Below are positions 28,164 to 37,384 of a DNA stretch of 64,000 nt, piece after piece. How positions within the stretch are numbered: the stretch's first letter is position 1; each line of letters starts with the position of its first letter. The stretch comes from Acidimicrobiales bacterium (GTDB taxonomy: Bacteria > Actinomycetota > Acidimicrobiia > Acidimicrobiales > Iamiaceae), in contig DATMGQ010000097.1 in assembly GCA_035555395.1 (NCBI GenBank), positions 4,457 through 68,456 of the forward strand. The letters are read 5' to 3'. Position numbers and translations under genes: made by a program. Below the pieces are notes generated by a model. The model did not search any database, had not been told where the DNA came from, and worked only from the letters and a program-made list of their open reading frames with translations.

Positions 28164-28849
28164 GCTACGACGACCGACCGTACGACGAACGCCAGCCCCA
28201 CGACCCCCGTGACTTCGACGAGCGGGCCTACGACGAGCGCGGCTACCGCGACCAGCCGTTCGACGCCGAAGCCGAGCCCGAGCCGATCGAGGAGCCCCAG
28301 CCCCGCCGCACCCTCACCCGCGGCCGCACCCAGGTCGACGCCGAGGAGCTGCTGCGCCGGGTCTCGGACCTCATCGCCGCGGCCCGCCCCATGCCGCTGT
28401 CCGCCTCGGCGATGATCAACAAGGAAGAGGTCCTCGAGCTCCTCGACGAGGCCATCGGCCGGCTCCCCGACGAGCTTCGCGAGGCCCGCTGGCTGCGCAA
28501 GGAGCGCGAGGAGTACCTCGCCAAGATGCGCGCCGACGGCGACGAGATCACCGATGCCGCCCGGGCGCGCGCCGAGCAGATGGTCCAGCGCACCGAGGTG
28601 GTCAAGGCCGCCGAGCACCGGGCCCGCCGCATCATCGACGCCGCCGAGGCCGAGGCCCGGCGCCTCCGCCTCGAGTGCGAGGACTTCTGCGACCAGAAGC
28701 TGGCCAGCTTCGAGATCGTGCTCGAGCGCACCCTCAAGCTGGTCGGATCGGGCCGCGAGAAGCTCCAGGCCACCAACCTGGCCCGCCCCGAGCCCGAGGC
28801 GGCCCCCGACCCCGAGGACGAGGCGTTCTTCGACCAGGACCGGTCGTGA
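28160..28849 (+). CDS. coiled-coil protein, SepIVA/DivIVA-like
   Basis: ARPMPLSAS, LPDELREARW, AEAEARRLR.E..DFCD.KLA.FE; conserved position between coaD and yceD. Confidence 0.75.
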   Translation: MSYDDRPYDERQPHDPRDFDERAYDERGYRDQPFDAEAEPEPIEEPQPRRTLTRGRTQVDAEELLRRVSDLIAAARPMPLSASAMINKEEVLELLDEAIGRLPDELREARWLRKEREEYLAKMRADGDEITDAARARAEQMVQRTEVVKAAEHRARRIIDAAEAEARRLRLECEDFCDQKLASFEIVLERTLKLVGSGREKLQATNLARPEPEAAPDPEDEAFFDQDRS

Positions 28850-29397
28850 CCCCCGCCCGGCCGGAGGCAGCGGGCGAGGGCCACCCGCCGGCCGTCATCG
28901 TGTCGGTCACGGAGATCCGGCGCCGCCCCGGCTCCCGGATGCCGGTGGAGCGCACGCTCGTGGCCGACGGCCTGGGTCTCACCGACGTCGCCATCCCCGA
29001 CGGTGCCGAGATCACGTTCACCGGCGAGCTGGAGTCGATCCACGAGGGCGTGGTGCTCACCGGGGCGGCCGAGGTGCCGTGGACGGGAGAGTGCCGCCGC
29101 TGCCTGAAGGAGCTGCACGGCGTCGCCGCCATCGACATCCGCGAGGTCTACGAGACCAAGCCCACCGACGGCGAGACCTGGCCCCTCGAACACGACCAGG
29201 TCGACCTCGGCCCGCTCCTCCACGACATCGCCCTGCTGGCGCTCCCGCTGGCGCCCCTGTGCACCGACGACTGCCTCGGCCCCGCGCCGGACGCCTTCCC
29301 GGCCACGGTCGAGGGCGACGCGGCCCCCGACGACGAGCCCGACGACGGACCGGCCAAGGACCCCCGCTGGGCCGCCCTCGACGACCTCGACCTCTGA
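28846..29397 (+). CDS. yceD: YceD/DUF177 family protein
   Basis: GECRRCL, LALPLAPLCTDDCLG, DPRWAALDDL. Confidence 0.9.
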   Translation: MTPARPEAAGEGHPPAVIVSVTEIRRRPGSRMPVERTLVADGLGLTDVAIPDGAEITFTGELESIHEGVVLTGAAEVPWTGECRRCLKELHGVAAIDIREVYETKPTDGETWPLEHDQVDLGPLLHDIALLALPLAPLCTDDCLGPAPDAFPATVEGDAAPDDEPDDGPAKDPRWAALDDLDL

Positions 29398-29419
29398 CCC
29401 GGCGCGTCGGGCGCGGGCG

Positions 29420-30060
29420 CGCCAGTTCGCGGTGCGGGCGGCGTAGGCGGCGCTGGGGCGCAGGTCGTGAGCGATCTGGCTGATCGGTGCGGTGCCGTCG
29501 ATGACGGCGAGGGTCCCGGACCCGAACGCGCCGGTCGTGGGGAGCGACCGGAGCAGGCCGAGGTGGAGCAGGAGGACGTCCACGTACGGCGACATGACCC
29601 GCCTCCCCTCCGACGACTCGGAGAACTGGGTCATCATCCCGCCTCGGGACAGGCCCGCCTCCAGCTTCTCGACCCAGTGGGACACACCGGCGGCGTCGGC
29701 CTTGCGGTGGAGGACGTTGCCGTACACGAGGTGCACGAAGGCGGTGTTCGACAGCTTCCCGTAGGTGTTCTGGAACTCCGACGAGGCGGCGAACCTGGTG
29801 GAACGAGACGCAGCGCCCGTCGTCGCTGATCTGCGGCTCGGCGGCATCGCCGTCGATCTCCGCCCCCGCCCCGCCAGCCGGGACGGTGACCAGGACCGCG
29901 GTTCCGGTCGCCCGGTCGAAGCGGTGCACGTTCAGGTGGCTCGGCGCGAAGCCGGCGATGGGACCGGGGCCCTTCGAGATGTAGGCCACCCAACGGCCGT
30001 CGGCGCTGATGGCCGGGCTGGACGCCGGGCCGGTGAACGGCGCCCCGCTCGCGGTGACCG
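29420..30060 (-). pseudogene. remnant of TolB-like beta-propeller + DUF4214 surface protein (two frames)
   Basis: PAISADGRWVAY / PQISDDGRCVSF in one frame, FAASSEF..YG.LSNTAFV.LVY.NVL.RKADAAG..HW in another; junction near 29795; no proper start or stop. Confidence 0.7.
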
Positions 30061-30226
30061 ACGCCCGGCCGGTGACCGGATGATCCGAGGCGGCGGCACC
30101 CGCGGGGTGCGGCGAGACGGCCTGGTGGCGGGGCGCTTTCGACCGGGATGGGGCTCGGTCGCTACCATCTACCCCTCGCGTGCGGCGCACCGCAGCGCCC
30201 CCGACCACGACCTCAGGACCACGACG

Positions 30227-30406
30227 ATGGCTGTCCCCAAGAAGAAGACCTCCAAGTCCAAGAGCCGCAGCCGCCGGGCTTCGGCCTGGAAGCTCGACGC
30301 TCCCTCGCGCAGCGTCTGCCCGCGCTGCGGTTCCGCCAAGCTGCCCCACGTCGTGTGCGGCAACTGCGGCTGGTACCACGGCCGCCAGGCCATCGAGGTC
30401 GACTGA
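30227..30406 (+). CDS. rpmF: 50S ribosomal protein L32
   Basis: MAVPKKKTSKSKSRSRRA, CPRCG..KLPHVVCGNCGWY. Confidence 0.97.
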   Translation: MAVPKKKTSKSKSRSRRASAWKLDAPSRSVCPRCGSAKLPHVVCGNCGWYHGRQAIEVD

Positions 30407-30427
30407 CCCACGTCCGGCTGACCTGCC

Positions 30428-31441
30428 ATGACGTCAACCGAACGCCTCCCCGTCGCCGTCGATGCGATGGGCGGAGACAAGGCCCCGGCGGAGATCATCG
30501 CCGGGTCGATCCGCGCCCGTGACGAGCTCGGCGTGTCCGTCGTCCTCGTCGGCCGGCCCGAGGACCTGACCGAGACCGGCGGCCTCGAGGTCCTGCCCGC
30601 GTCCGAGGTCATCGCCATGGACGCCGATCCGGGCAAGAGCGTCCGGACCATGAAGGACTCGTCGCTGGTGCGCGCCGCCGAGGCCGTCCGCGACGGCAAG
30701 GCCTGCGCCATGGTCTCAGCCGGCAACACCGGCGCCACCATGGCCTCGGCGCTGCTGCGCATGAAGCGCCTGCCCGGCGTGTTCCGGCCGGCCATCGCCA
30801 CGCCGATCCCGAACCCCGCGGGCGGCAACCCCACCGTCTTGCTCGATGCCGGTGCCAACGCCGAGTGCTCGCCCGAGTGGCTGGTGCAGTTCGCCCAGAT
30901 GGGCGCCACCTTCGCCCGCACCCGCTACGGCATCGAGACCCCCAAGGTCGGCCTCCTGTCCATCGGCGAGGAGCCCACCAAGGGCAGCCCGCTGGTGAAG
31001 GAGACCCATGCACTGCTCGCCACCCGCGAGTGGGAGGCCGCCTGTGGCGGCACGTTCGTCGGCAACGTCGAGGGCCGCGACATCATGTCGCCCGACGTCG
31101 ACGTGATCGTGACCGACGGCTTCACCGGCAACGTCGTGCTCAAGACGCTCGAGGGCAGCATGCGCTCGCTGGTCAACGCCATCCTCGGCACGTTCAACAC
31201 CAGCGACGAGACCAAGGCCGCCGGCGACGTCCTGTTCCCGGCCCTGCTCCCGCTCTACGCCCAGCTCGACCCGAACAACACGGGCGGGGCCATGCTCCTC
31301 GGCCTCAACGGCGTGTGCATCATCAGCCACGGCTCGTCGAACGACACCGCCATCGTCAACGCGGTGAAGGTCGCCACCGAGATGGTCGACGCCGACCTCG
31401 TGGGCGCCATCGCCCAGACCATCCGCCCCGCCGACGACTGA
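30428..31441 (+). CDS. plsX: phosphate acyltransferase PlsX
   Basis: AVDAMGGDKAP, SAGNTGA, LDAGAN, GNVEGRD, TDGFTGNVVLK, SHGSS. Confidence 0.96.
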   Translation: MTSTERLPVAVDAMGGDKAPAEIIAGSIRARDELGVSVVLVGRPEDLTETGGLEVLPASEVIAMDADPGKSVRTMKDSSLVRAAEAVRDGKACAMVSAGNTGATMASALLRMKRLPGVFRPAIATPIPNPAGGNPTVLLDAGANAECSPEWLVQFAQMGATFARTRYGIETPKVGLLSIGEEPTKGSPLVKETHALLATREWEAACGGTFVGNVEGRDIMSPDVDVIVTDGFTGNVVLKTLEGSMRSLVNAILGTFNTSDETKAAGDVLFPALLPLYAQLDPNNTGGAMLLGLNGVCIISHGSSNDTAIVNAVKVATEMVDADLVGAIAQTIRPADD

Positions 31442-31478
31442 AGCCGAGGCGACGGCCTCGGCCCCGCCAGCACCTGGC

Positions 31479-31527
31479 CGAATCAGGTCGTCCGTGCCGC
31501 GCACGGCGGCTCAGGTGACCTGATTCG
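31479..31527. repeat. REP-like palindrome with 11-bp arms
   Basis: cgaatcaggtc ... gacctgattcg between convergent plsX and patatin genes. Confidence 0.65.
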
Positions 31528-31531
31528 ACGT

Positions 31532-33292
31532 TCAGTCCACCGCGGTGGGCGTCTCGTGGACGGGCTCGGGGTCGGGGTCGACCGGGCTGGCCAGCCAGGC
31601 GGCGAGCGACGGGGGCAGCGGCGCGCCGAGGTCTCGGCGGGCCTGCACGAGGTGGCGCAAGCGCGCGGTGAGGGCCCGGCGCTTCGCCTCGGCCTCGACC
31701 TCCGGGTCGACGGGCTCGAGCGGCTCCTCCTCGTCGCCGATGTCGGGCACCGCATCGACGGGCTCGTCGGGGGTCTTGGCGGTGCCGCCGGTGACGAGGA
31801 CCGGGCTCGGGCGGCCGAGGGCGTCGCCACCGAAGAGGGTGGTGAGCGCGCCGTCGAGGCGGCGCAGCTCGATGCGCACCTCCGTGAGCTCCCGGGTCAG
31901 GTGCTGCGCCTCGGCGGACAGCTCGAGGAGCAGGTCGGCGGTTCGCAGCCACCCGTGGTCGATCGAGATGGCGATGAGCGCCGGATCGATGGTCATCGAG
32001 TCGTGGACGTCGAACTCGGGGACCACGAGCCGGACGGTCTCGTTCCAGCCGCCGGGCGGGTTGAGCTCCTTGCGGAGGGTCTCGTCGGGGCCGATCTCGG
32101 CGCTGACCCGGCGGAGGATGTCGATGAGGTTCCGGTCGGCGAACGAGGCCATGGGCTCGACACCCACCGAGCTGGCCGAGATGGCGATGACCCGCTCGAC
32201 CTCCAGGTGGTGCACCAGCACCTCGATCGGGAGGATCTCCCGGGCGCCGCCGTCGACGTAGTGCTCGTCGCCGAGCAGCACCGGTGGGAAGGCGAGCGGG
32301 ATCGAGGCCGAGGCCAGGACCCCGGCGCCCAGCGCCACGTCGGGCAACCCGGTGGGCCGGTCGTGGCGGTCGTGGATGGCCCCGGTCTCGGTGATGTAGC
32401 GCAGCTCGCCGGACTCCAGGCTCACGGCACCGACGCGCAGGTCGATCCCCGACGACCGGACCCGCTCGGGGTCGAGCTCGCGGAGCAGCAGGTCGGCCAC
32501 CGGGGTGAGCGAGAGCAGGGACTGGGCGGTGAGCGCCTCGCGGACGGCATCGAGGGCGCCGTCGGTCTCGGGCGGCCGACGTACGAGGCTGCCCACGACC
32601 TTGACCGCCATGCGCACCGCGTTGGTGTTGTTGCTGCCGTCGCCGAGGTAGCTCCGCCACGTGGAGGCCCACGAGGCCGAGGCCTGGAGGCGGGTGAGCC
32701 ACGGCTCGGGCTCCCACATGTCATCGGTGATGCGCAGCGAGCGCCAGAGGCGCTCGACCTCGTCGATGGCGCGGGTGCCGTCGGCGTGGTCGCCCTCGGC
32801 CAGCTTCGCGGCGTTGAGGCCGCCGGCCGAGTTCCCGGCGACGGCGACGGGTGCGACCGCGGCGTGGTCGTAGAGGAAGCGCAGCACGCCGGCCTCGAAG
32901 CTGCCCAGCGAGCCGCCCCCGCTGATGGCGAGGCCGGTGCGGCGCCCGCCGAGGTCGGCGCGGAGTCGCTCGAGGGCGTCGAGGGCGTGGTCGTCCCACG
33001 TCGCCTCGAGGTCGGCAGGGGAGGGGGCGTCGGCCGGCACGGTGAGCGCCGGGCCGGCGAGGTGGCGCTCGGCGGCCTCGATGGCCAGCTCACGGGGCGT
33101 GCGGACGTCCTCGGGCGGTTCGGCCTCGTCGGCCTGATCTCCCTCGGCCGCGGCCTCCGCCGGGCCGTCGGCGGGGGCGTCGGCCTCGTCGGCGGCCGGC
33201 TCGGTCGGCGGTTCGCTGCTCTTGCGGCCGATCCTCCACCCCTTTCGGGGTGCTTCCGTCCCTTGGCTGTTGTCCTCGACCGGCTCGTCCAT
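31532..33292 (-). CDS. patatin-like phospholipase
   Basis: SGGGSLG, GNSAG nucleophile, ASASIP, YVDGG; acidic N-terminal extension. Confidence 0.88.
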   Translation of the reverse strand: MDEPVEDNSQGTEAPRKGWRIGRKSSEPPTEPAADEADAPADGPAEAAAEGDQADEAEPPEDVRTPRELAIEAAERHLAGPALTVPADAPSPADLEATWDDHALDALERLRADLGGRRTGLAISGGGSLGSFEAGVLRFLYDHAAVAPVAVAGNSAGGLNAAKLAEGDHADGTRAIDEVERLWRSLRITDDMWEPEPWLTRLQASASWASTWRSYLGDGSNNTNAVRMAVKVVGSLVRRPPETDGALDAVREALTAQSLLSLTPVADLLLRELDPERVRSSGIDLRVGAVSLESGELRYITETGAIHDRHDRPTGLPDVALGAGVLASASIPLAFPPVLLGDEHYVDGGAREILPIEVLVHHLEVERVIAISASSVGVEPMASFADRNLIDILRRVSAEIGPDETLRKELNPPGGWNETVRLVVPEFDVHDSMTIDPALIAISIDHGWLRTADLLLELSAEAQHLTRELTEVRIELRRLDGALTTLFGGDALGRPSPVLVTGGTAKTPDEPVDAVPDIGDEEEPLEPVDPEVEAEAKRRALTARLRHLVQARRDLGAPLPPSLAAWLASPVDPDPEPVHETPTAVD

Positions 33293-33450
33293 GCTTGCTT
33301 TCCGGGACCGTCGGGCGGTCCTCGCGCGTGATCTGGGGCCCCATCATGCGTCACCCGCCCGAATTCGCGCACCCGTGGCCGTTCACGAGCGCACAAAGTT
33401 TTCCACCCGCTACAGTCGCCGTCGCCCCTTTCACCGATCAGGAGTGCACC

Positions 33451-33747
33451 GTGCCCGCTGAAACCCACGTCGGACAGGACCCGATGAGCCGCCAGGACGT
33501 CTTCGAGCTCGTCCGCGACCGGCTCGCCGACATCCTCGAGACCGATCCGGCCGGGATCAAGGAGGGCGACTCCTTCGCCGATGACCTGGGCGCCGACTCC
33601 CTCGCGCTCATCGAGCTCGTGGAGGAGCTCGAGGAGGAGCTGGGCGAGCGCTCGGTCGGGTTCCGCATCGAGGACGAGGACCTCGAGGACCTCAAGACCG
33701 TGCGCGACGCCGTGGACTACGTGTTCGACAAGCTCGGCGGAAGCTAG
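33451..33747 (+). CDS. acpP: acyl carrier protein
   Basis: DDLGADSLALIELVEELEEE, LKTVRDAVDYV; AGGAG RBS. Confidence 0.95.
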   Translation: MPAETHVGQDPMSRQDVFELVRDRLADILETDPAGIKEGDSFADDLGADSLALIELVEELEEELGERSVGFRIEDEDLEDLKTVRDAVDYVFDKLGGS

Positions 33748-33749
33748 GC

Positions 33750-34583
33750 GTGACCCCCGAGTCGGGCGTGGGCGACGCCGGCGACGCCGAGCAGCTCCAC
33801 GCGCCGGCATCGCCTCCGTCGGGCGCGCCCGGCGAGCGGTCCGTGCCGCCGCCGACGTTCCACCCGATCTCGCCCGCCGGGCTCGCCGCGTTCTGCGACC
33901 GGCTCGGCTACGGGTTCGCCGCGCCGGAGCTGCTGGGGCAGGCCCTCACGCACCGGTCCTGGTGCGCCGAGAACGCCGGCTACCGGTCCAACGAGCGGCT
34001 CGAGTTCCTGGGGGACTCGGTCCTCGGACTCGTGGTGACCGACGACCTCTACGCCCTGCTGCCCGATGCGGGCGAGGGCCAGCTGTCGCGCATGCGCGCC
34101 GCGGTGGTCTGCTCGCCCGCGCTGGCCGAGATGGCCACCGAGCTGGAGCTCGGCGAGGTGCTGCTGCTCGGCAAGGGCGAGCGGGCGTCCGGTGGCCGGG
34201 AGCGCCCGTCGATCCTGGCCGACGCGATGGAGGCGGTCATCGGGGCCGTCTACCTCGATGGGGGCCTCACGCCGGCCGCCGAGCTGGTGAGCCGCCTCGT
34301 GGCGCCCCGGCTCCTGAGCGCCGGCGCACCCGACCACAAGAGCCGGCTCCACGAGCTGGCGGCCAGCGACCCGCAACGCACGGTGGTCTTCGAGATCACC
34401 GAGCAGGGTCCGGAGCACGACAAGACGTTCCAGGCACGCGTGATCCTCGACGGGAGACCGCTGGGCGTGGGCGTCGGACGATCGAAGAAGCAGGCGGAGC
34501 AGGCCGCAGCCCAGGACACCTGGGTGCGGCTCGACCGCGAACTCGGGGAACTCCCCGCACGAGAGGAAGCAACGCATGGCTGA
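33750..34583 (+). CDS. rnc: ribonuclease III
   Basis: ALTHRS, NERLEFLGDSVL, ADAMEAVIGAVYLD, dsRBD GRSKKQAEQ. Confidence 0.96.
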   Translation: MTPESGVGDAGDAEQLHAPASPPSGAPGERSVPPPTFHPISPAGLAAFCDRLGYGFAAPELLGQALTHRSWCAENAGYRSNERLEFLGDSVLGLVVTDDLYALLPDAGEGQLSRMRAAVVCSPALAEMATELELGEVLLLGKGERASGGRERPSILADAMEAVIGAVYLDGGLTPAAELVSRLVAPRLLSAGAPDHKSRLHELAASDPQRTVVFEITEQGPEHDKTFQARVILDGRPLGVGVGRSKKQAEQAAAQDTWVRLDRELGELPAREEATHG

Positions 34584-35415
34584 GCAGCCGGAACTCGAGA
34601 CCCTTCGCCGGGATCTCGACCGCGACATCGGTGGCAAGCGGATCAAGACCGTCGAGGTGCCGGGCTCCGGGGTGATCCCGCGCCACACCAACAAGAAGCA
34701 GTTCACCTCGCTGCTCGAGGGCGTGAAGGTCACCGGCGTGGTCCGCCGGGACCTCTACCTGGTCGCCAAGCTCGACTCCGGCGATGCGCTGGTCATCGAC
34801 ATCCAGAACGGCGGGCAGCTCCGGCGCCAGGCCGCCAAGGAGGAGGTCGACAAGCGCACCAAGGTGTCCATCACCTTCACGCAGGGCGGCCAGCTGCGAG
34901 CGCTCGACGACACCGGCAACCTCGAGCTGTTCGTGGTGCCCTTCGACCAGCTGACCGAGGCGGTCCCCGAGCTGGCCGACCTCGGCTTCGACATCCTCGA
35001 CGAGCCGGTCTCCTGGACGTCGTTCGGCGAGCGCATGCTGCGCCACCGCGACGTGAAGCTGCGCACGCTGCTGCTCAACCGCAGCGTCATCGCCGGCATC
35101 GGCCCGGTGTACGCCGACGAGATCCTGCACGCGTCCGGGCTGCGCCCCGACCGCGAGGTCTCGTCGCTCTCCACCCAGGAGATCCGCCGCTTCTACCGGG
35201 CGGTCGTGGAGACCCTGCACGAGGCGGCCAAGCACCGCGGCGTCACCACCTCCGACGGGCAGTACGCCGACCTGACCGGCAAGCCGGGCGGCTGGACCGA
35301 CGAGCTCCAGGTCTACGAGCGCGACGGCAAGGCCTGCCGCCGGTGCCGCGGCGTCGTGTCGAAGACCCGCATGAGCGGCAAGACCGTCTACCTGTGCGAG
35401 GAGTGCCAGGTCTGA
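34576..35415 (+). CDS. Fpg/Nei family protein with degenerate catalytic residues
   Basis: H2TH motif AGIGPVYADEIL, Zn finger CRRC..CEECQ, but N-terminus MAEQPELE instead of MPELPEVE. Confidence 0.88.
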   Translation: MAEQPELETLRRDLDRDIGGKRIKTVEVPGSGVIPRHTNKKQFTSLLEGVKVTGVVRRDLYLVAKLDSGDALVIDIQNGGQLRRQAAKEEVDKRTKVSITFTQGGQLRALDDTGNLELFVVPFDQLTEAVPELADLGFDILDEPVSWTSFGERMLRHRDVKLRTLLLNRSVIAGIGPVYADEILHASGLRPDREVSSLSTQEIRRFYRAVVETLHEAAKHRGVTTSDGQYADLTGKPGGWTDELQVYERDGKACRRCRGVVSKTRMSGKTVYLCEECQV

Positions 35416-35665
35416 CCTGGTGGTTCGGGCCCGTCGGGAGGGTCCCGCAGGATTTTCTTTTCCCGCTTCGAAGCCGCCGGTCGGCGCAGCTCCGGCGCGC
35501 CCCGTCGACTAGGCCGAACGGCCCATGACCAGGGGCGATGGCGGAGGTGGGCCGTTCGGCCCACCTCACGCTGCGTGACCTGCGGCGGCGTCGACAACGC
35601 ACCGTCGCCCCAGGTCAGCCCAGAACTCACGCTCCGAGTCGAAAGATGAGCTAAGGTCACGGACC

Positions 35666-36847
35666 GTGGCAAACAGCAGGCAGGGCAGCGGCCCCGAGGA
35701 CCCGGGTACCGGTGGGGCGACCGAGCCCATCACCTTGACCGACCCCGACGGCGCGGTGACCCGCGTCGCCCCGTGGTCGTCGTGGACGCGCGAGCAGGTG
35801 CGGGCGCCTGGCGGCGAGCCCGCGCTCGTCACCCGGCTCGACCAGGGCCAGCTGTGGTTCTCGGCGGGCCGCCGACGCAGCCCGTGGCGCCACGAGGTCC
35901 ACGTCGGCCCCGCCGTCGTGTCCACGCCTCGTGGGCGCTTCCAGGCCGTCGCCGAGCCCGACGGCGGCGCCACGATCGCGTGCCTCGCGGGCCGCACGCG
36001 CGTCGTCGCCGGCCTGCGCGAGCCGGTGCTGCTCGGACCGGACCAGAGCGCGGCCGTGTCGAGCGACGGTCGGACGCTCGTGGTGATGGACCGCACGTCC
36101 GGAGCCGAGATCGCCGAGCCCGACGTCATCGACCTGACCGCAGCCGAGGAGCTGGAGGAGGCCGAGGTCCCCGAGCTCGCCTCGGTGGGCGCGGCCGAGC
36201 CCTTCGCCGCTCGCAGCGCCGCCGCGCCGGTCCTCGCCGACTTCGACGAGCGGCCGCCGGAGCCGCCTGCGGCGCCCGAGCCGCTGCCGTACCACGACGA
36301 CGACGCCCGACCGGCCCGCCTGGGCTGGATCCCCGAGCTGGTCGCCGTGCTCGCGCTGATCGGCCTGCTCGTCGCCGGGGTGTGGGTGTTCAGCGACCGG
36401 GGCGACGACACCGACGAGGTGGCCGGCCCGCTCACGACGATGCCGATCACCACCGAGCCGGCGCCGTCCACCACCGACGCGCCCACCACGTCGGAGGCGC
36501 CAACCACGACGGAGGCCCCCACCACCACCGATGCGCCGACGACCACGGCGGTCGCGACCTCGCGCCCCCCGGCCGCCACCGGTGCCACCGGCACGGGCGA
36601 GCTGCAGGGATGCCGCCGGGCCGAGGGCGGCGTCGTCGCCACCGTGCTGGTGACCCACCGGTCGGGGCCGGCCAGCACCTTCGGCGTGTCCGCCCGTCTC
36701 GTCGACCCCACCGGCGTGGAGTTCGCTCGGGGCACGGCCCGGACCGGGGTGATCGAGCCGGGGTCGACGGGTTCGGTCGACGTGCTGGTGCGGGCCGAGG
36801 CCGGCGTGCAGGGCTCGTGCGAGCTGGCCGAGGTCACCTCGGCCTGA
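35666..36847 (+). CDS. single-pass membrane protein: FecR-like N-domain, TM, Thr/Pro linker, small C-terminal beta domain
   Basis: LDQGQLWF..EVHVGPAVV..GRFQAV..ATIACLAGRTRV..LLGPDQ; TM LVAVLALIGLLVAGVWVF; TTEAP repeats. Confidence 0.6.
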   Translation: MANSRQGSGPEDPGTGGATEPITLTDPDGAVTRVAPWSSWTREQVRAPGGEPALVTRLDQGQLWFSAGRRRSPWRHEVHVGPAVVSTPRGRFQAVAEPDGGATIACLAGRTRVVAGLREPVLLGPDQSAAVSSDGRTLVVMDRTSGAEIAEPDVIDLTAAEELEEAEVPELASVGAAEPFAARSAAAPVLADFDERPPEPPAAPEPLPYHDDDARPARLGWIPELVAVLALIGLLVAGVWVFSDRGDDTDEVAGPLTTMPITTEPAPSTTDAPTTSEAPTTTEAPTTTDAPTTTAVATSRPPAATGATGTGELQGCRRAEGGVVATVLVTHRSGPASTFGVSARLVDPTGVEFARGTARTGVIEPGSTGSVDVLVRAEAGVQGSCELAEVTSA

Positions 36848-36871
36848 GGCGGGCGGCGTCCGCCCGGGCGC

Positions 36872-37258
36872 TCAGCAGTTGGAGTCGTTGACCCGCAGGT
36901 CCGGCATCATCGTCTTGCAGAACCGGGCGCCCACGAAGGTGGCGGCCGCGGTGCGGGCACCGGTGAGGTTGGCTCGGCTGAGGTTCGCCCCGGTGAGGTC
37001 GGCACCCGTGAGGTTGGCTCGCTGCAGGTCGGCGCCGCTCAGGTTCGCGCCGGTGAGGTCGGCGCCCGCCAGGTCGGCGCCCGCGAGGCGGGCCTCGGCG
37101 ATGTGGGCCCCGGCCAGGTGCGCCTCCCGCAGCGAGGCACCCCGGAAGTCGATCGAGTAGAGGTTGGCGGCGTTGAGCCGGACGTGGTCGAGCAACGCGC
37201 CCGAGCACTGCGCGAACGGCTCCAGCCGATACCCCTTGACGACCTTCGGACCTGCCAC
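36872..37258 (-). CDS. pentapeptide repeat protein
   Basis: tandem A(D/N)L(T/S/A)G repeats; 128 aa. Confidence 0.88.
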   Translation of the reverse strand: MAGPKVVKGYRLEPFAQCSGALLDHVRLNAANLYSIDFRGASLREAHLAGAHIAEARLAGADLAGADLTGANLSGADLQRANLTGADLTGANLSRANLTGARTAAATFVGARFCKTMMPDLRVNDSNC

Positions 37259-37384
37259 CGTCCACCCCTTTCCACTGCTCCGCCCACCGTAGCGGTCGGC
37301 CGGTCGGTGGCACGACCCTCGGTGGAAAGCCCCCGGCGGGGGCCAAGTAGGGTGACCGACCGGCCCGACAGCATGGAGTAGCCG

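Noticed and set aside
36872-37258. Pentapeptide protein as Qnr/MfpA quinolone-resistance factor
   Set aside because: Short generic A(D/N)LxG repeats with no features specific to Qnr or MfpA.
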